This document shows positions 59,210 to 64,000 of a stretch of DNA of 64,000 nt, one piece after another. The position numbers and the translations under genes were made by a program. The notes beneath the pieces are model-generated. The model did no database searches. It was not told the DNA's origin and worked only from the letters and a program-made list of their open reading frames with translations. The first letter of the stretch is position 1; each line of letters begins with the position of its first letter. The stretch comes from Salpingoeca rosetta (Eukaryota; Protista; Choanoflagellata): contig JAWQFM010000020.1 in the NCBI GenBank assembly GCA_033442325.1, positions 222,328-286,327 on the forward strand, given 5' to 3'.

Positions 59210-60869
59210 CACGCACACATACACAACACACATACACACATACACACACGCACACACGCACGAGGTAGATGGCGTAGAGGCGGAGGAAGACGGCGGAAAG
59301 CGAGGTGCAGTTGGAAAGCGCATGCGCGCAGCGCTTGAACTCGCTCGTGTCAAAGAAGGACTTGGCCAGGAAGTAGGTGCCGGTTTCTTTGGGATCGAGA
59401 TCCTTGATGGTGATGGTGGGCAAGTAGCTTGCCTCTTCGCACGGCAGCGACGCCGCCAGCTCCAACAGCCTGTCAATTCACGTTGACAAGTGACGGGGCA
59501 CATAGTACCACACGTGAACGCCAGCCACAGTGCTTGAACATTGGACAAGCAGCGAACAACTGTTGCAGTGTTGTCACCACATGTGTACATGCAAGCAGAC
59601 ACACACTCCAGCATACATGCGTGCACAAGATCCTTCATCCGGTCATATTCACACATACACACACGCATACACAAAACACGCCACCGCCAACCAGCCCATC
59701 CCACGGCAAGACAACACAACCAAACTAGCACGTGCGCACCATTGGCTGCCGAGGACAAGACCACGCTGACTGCACTGGAATGCGACGTCCAACAGCAACG
59801 CATGCTGCTCCTCAGGCGGTGGCGCATGCATGCTCGCAGTGCCTGACGCTGCACTTGTCCTCACGGACGTGTTGGCTGGATCACGCGCCGTGGGCGCTTG
59901 CGCTGTCGCTGTCGCCCTAGGTGCTGTTCTTGTTGTTGCTGTTGGTGCTGTCACAGCTGATGCAGCCGGTGCTGGAGGGGAAGGCAACCGCTGTGCACGT
60001 GAGACGTGGGCTGCTTCGGCGCCATTATCAATGTCGCTGTCATCCAGGTCCATGTCCTCGTCGGAATGGTTGCCGCCATCACCACGCTCGTCATCCTGAG
60101 CCTCATCCTCATCATCACCATCATCACCGTCATCGTCATCGTGCATGCTCTCATCGCCGAATCGCTCACGAGCACGCGCGCGGCGCGGGAGTCTCGTTCG
60201 CGGTGATGGTGTTGAAGCGGTTGGTTCGGGCGCCTTGCTGCGTGCAGAGGCAGTCCTCTTCTTGGCACCAACCCCAACCTCTTTCCGGGTGGCGGGTGAC
60301 GATGAGGCCGACGACGGCGAAGCTACTGCCGATGGTTTTGATGCCGTTCTTGTTTTCGTGGATGAGCGCTTGCGCTGCGTGCCTGCGGCGCCTGAGCTAG
60401 CCGACTGGGACGAGGAACCCTCTGGCGTGGTTGCAGCGGAGGCTGACGAGCGCGTCTTGCGGCGAGTGGCAGCACCGGAGGCGCTTGAGCGCCGTGTTGT
60501 GCCGCTGGTTCCACTCTTCTTTCGCGGAGACGACCCTGTTGTCGTTGTCGTTGTTGTTGTTGGCGCCGTTGTTGCACCCCTCGACCTGGTTGTTCTTGCC
60601 GCTGTTGCCGTTGTTGCTGTTGTTGCCGTTGTTGCCGTTGAAGACGACCGGCCTGCTGCTCGTGAGCGTGTCACAATCCTTGGCGGGGGTGTCTCCTCGG
60701 CCCCCTCGGCCTGTTGGTGCATGACTCTGTGAGCGTGGTGTTGCCTTCCTGCTTCTCGTCTTGTGTGCCTCTCTTGCTGTTGCTGCTGTTGCTGTTGTCG
60801 TTGCTGTTGTTGCCCTTCGTGCGGCTCTTCACCACCACCTCGTCCACCACTGCTGCGCCTGCTCGCCAT
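54557..60869 (-). CDS. CDC23: Anaphase-promoting complex subunit 8 / CDC23 (TPR), multi-exon, with long low-complexity N-terminal extension
   Basis: CSQRGLVLGSQW, YFLAKSFFDTSEFKRCAH..FLRLYAIYL, AVNAQPLLWSAW, LPDHWIKRHF, DPYRLDHVDTYSNVLY, IDKYRPETCCVI/GNYYS, YFRRALKL, AWTLLGHEYIELHN, DINPRDYRGWSNLG, PYDRRIW. Confidence 0.95.
56558..56657. other. Assembly gap (100 N) inside a CDC23 intron
   Basis: N bases. Confidence 1.
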
Positions 60870-61041
60870 CGTCGTCGTTACAATCCGGAAAATTGTTGAA
60901 AATAGCGCAAATTGTCCAAAATCGCTCAACGCAAACAAACGCCAACAACAACAACCCAAACAAGAAGGCAAGCAGGGCTTGAGCGAGCAAGCAAGCTCGC
61001 ACCGCTACGGAAAACACAGACGACAAGGGGGACCAAGGACA

Positions 61042-61530
61042 ATGCAGGATGAGGCAGAGAGTGTGGAGCAGCTTGCCCACGACAATGCTCAGCTTCGATC
61101 TCGCTTGGTGGGTCAACGAGGCACTGAGACAAAATGACGTGAATGACTGCCGTGATTGCGTGTGTGACTGTGTGTGCGTGTGTGTGTGCACGTGTGTGTG
61201 CGTGTGTGTGTGCACGTGTGTGTGTGTGTATCTGTGTGTGTGTGTGTATCTGTGTGTGTGTGTGTGTCTGTGTGGGTGCGGGATGAGGCGCGAATTGGTT
61301 GCAGTGGGGGCTGGGCGAACGTCGTTGCTCTGCTCTCATCGCACAGTACCGCTGCTACATCCACATGCTTCATGCCTTCAGGAGGCTCTCGAGCAAGCCT
61401 ATGACGAGCTGGAAGAAGCCAACGAGCAGCAATTCAAGCACATTGACGCCCTCAAGAAGGAGAAGCGTGACTTGGAGGCCCTGTGTCAACGCCGCAAAGC
61501 CGACATGGAGGACATGGTGGTACGTGCACG

Positions 61531-61581
<51 letters not shown>

Positions 61582-62875
61582 GCGTGTTCGAGTGCGTCTG
61601 TGTGTGTGTGTGTGTCTGTGTGCGTCTGCGTGTCTGTGTGTGTGTGTGTGCTTCTGTGTTCGAGTGTGTGTGTGTGTCACTGTGTGAAGTTCAACTTGCT
61701 GACTGGTGATTATGCCCTCGTGTGTTCGTTTGCTGATGTTGTCAAGGCATTGCAAGAGCACTGCTCAAGCCTTGAGCGCCAATTACGCGAAACCAAGGCA
61801 AGCAAACAAGCGAACGCGCGTTTCAATCATCCTGCAACGACCTGCTATGGTTTGCCGTGCGTGTGTGCGAGTGTCTGTGCATGTGTATCTGTCTGTGTTG
61901 TCTGTGTGTCCCTGTGTGTCTTTGTGTGTATCCTCATGGAACAGCTGACATTGAACACACCCTGCTGCTGCTATTGTATGTGCATGTGCTGGATTTTGGC
62001 TTGTCTGCAACCCAGAGTGCGCTGCAAGGGGCACGATCCGAGCTGCGGAAGGCGTCGTTCCAGCTGCAGCTGCGCAATGCGCGTAACGCGTCCGTATCGA
62101 GCCGCACATCAACAACCGAGGGCACATCGTCGTCGATATCCTCCATGTCACAGTCTCGTTCCCGCACATTCAACACGTACGACCAGCAGTGAATGTTTGT
62201 GTGTGTATGTGTGTGTGTGTTCGTGTGTGTGTGTGTGTGTGTGTGTACGTGTGTATGTGTGTACGTGTGTGTGTGTACGTGTGTACGTGTGTGTGTACGT
62301 GTGTACGTGTGTGTGTATGTGTCGGTGTGTGGTATGTACCTGTGTGTGCGCACGCATCGGTGTGTCTTGTGCGTGCCTTGCGTTGTTCGCGAAGCTCTCT
62401 TCTTCCTGCTCGCCTCCATCGCACGTGACATCGAAACACTTTTCTTCTTGCTCTCCCACTCGTCTCCTCCTCCCCCCCCCCAACACTTTCCCAACCACCT
62501 CGGGCCAGCGCGCGCGATGTGCTGAAGGCGCGGCGGAAGCTGCTGCAGAAGCTGAAGAGTGCTGATGACACCGACATACCACCGCCATCGCCACCACCAC
62601 AGGCAGGCCCAATACAGGCCGGGCCGGCAACAACAGCGGCAGCAGCAACAGCAGTGGCGGCGGGAGATGTGCAGGAGCGGATAGACGCTGCCGTTGCTGC
62701 TGTTGCCTGCGCATATGAGAAGCGCATTGCATCGCTGCAGGACGCGCTGGATGAGGAGATGCAGCGGCGAAAGGACCTGCAGCTGGCCCACGACCACGCC
62801 ATCACGGCCGACGCCGGCACTGCTGGCGATCACGCTGGGGACGCGACTCATGGTGGTGGTGACGCAGACACATCC

Positions 62876-62948
<73 letters not shown>

Positions 62949-63696
62949 ACGCGTATGTGTGTCTGCGTGTGTGTCTATATGTGTGTGTTTGCCTGTGTGT
63001 TTTTGTTTTTCTCTCTCCCTCTCCCTCTCCCTCTGTGTCTGTCTGTTTGTCTGCTTGTGCATCCTGACTTGTCCCTTGAAAGATGACCACCAGTGTCGGG
63101 TGTGGCGTTGTTCACAACATCGCAGCTACATGACTCACACGTGCTCACACATACACACGCATGAATACATCAACACAACCTCCATTCACCACCACCACCA
63201 CCAATCCCTCGAGCAGGCAGCGGGCTGAATCTCGCCGAGGAGCTGAGCCGCGTTGCATCGAGCGACGTGCCGTTGCCCGTTGGGGCCGACCTGACGCAAG
63301 CAACGCAAGCATCCAGTCACACTGATGCAACAACACCGCGAGCAGCATCAACATCAGAAGCGGCAACGGCGAGCGAAGATGACAGCACAAGTGGTGCCGA
63401 TGCGAAGAACGCGGGCACGAACAGCGGGGACGCCCGTGCCAGCAGTGGTGACAAGACTGATGGAGCGAGCAGCGGCAGTAGCAACAGCACCACCACGTGC
63501 GCTGGCGATGGTGGCGATGGTGATGGGGGCGGTGGCCGACGCATTGTGCTGCCCGTCTCTGCGGCGCTGACGACGGAGTTGCGGGGCGAAACGCAGTACT
63601 TTGGGCGCAGCGACGAGCAAACAGACGAGACACTGCAGCAGCAGATTATCATGGAGCTCGAGAGCGAAGTCGCCGAGTTGCGGGAGGAGCTGGAGG
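61042..63696 (+). CDS. Uncharacterised coiled-coil protein, multi-exon, continues beyond the window
   Basis: Exons [115 protein letters not shown], separated by (TG)n-rich introns. Confidence 0.7.
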
Positions 63697-63733
63697 TGCG
63701 CACGATGTGTGTGTATGTGTGTGTGTGTGGTGG

Positions 63734-63779
63734 TGTTGTTTAAGTTGTTGTTGTTGTTTAAGTTGTTGTTGTTGTTTAA

Positions 63780-63810
<31 letters not shown>

Positions 63811-64000
63811 TAAGTTGTTGTTGTTGTTGGTGGTGGTGGTGGTGTCGTTGTTTAAGTTGTTGTTGTTGTTGTTGTTGTTGCTGCTGCTGTTGTTGTTGGT
63901 GTTGTTTAAGTTGTTGTTGTTGTTGGTGTTGTTGCTGCTGCTGCTGCTGCTGCTGTTGCTGGTGTTGTTGTTGCTGCTGCTGCTGCTGCTGTTGTTGTTG
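63734..64000. repeat. (GTT/GCT/GGT)n trinucleotide array with a recurring GTTTAAGTTGTTGTTGTT unit, intronic
   Basis: Read directly. Confidence 0.9.

Overview
Eukaryotic, gene-dense and intron-rich window with GT-AG introns packed with (CA)/(TG) microsatellites and three N-gaps. The style and gene content suggest a choanoflagellate, probably Salpingoeca rosetta (inference). Most ORF-track entries are microsatellite artefacts, so genes were reconstructed by hand from exons. In order: intronless bZIP-like factor (+), PSD/EFA6-type Sec7-PH Arf-GEF (-), SPAG6/PF16 (-), TMEM104-like transporter (-, 5' exons duplicated), ENTH/UIM epsin-like protein (+), IspD/CRPPA cytidylyltransferase fused to an intact SDR reductase (-), CTR9 (+), importin-13/transportin-SR family (-), NDC1-like transmembrane nucleoporin with an in-frame SH2 domain (+), three intronless genes (YhhN/TMEM86, GNAT, ABA4/DUF4281-like), CDC23/APC8 (-) and a coiled-coil gene running off the end (+). 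The two strongest findings are the NDC1-SH2 chimera, whose SH2 has His in place of the pTyr-binding Arg, and the bifunctional Bcs1-like ISPD-SDR enzyme. All family assignments come from motif recognition by eye; no searches were run.
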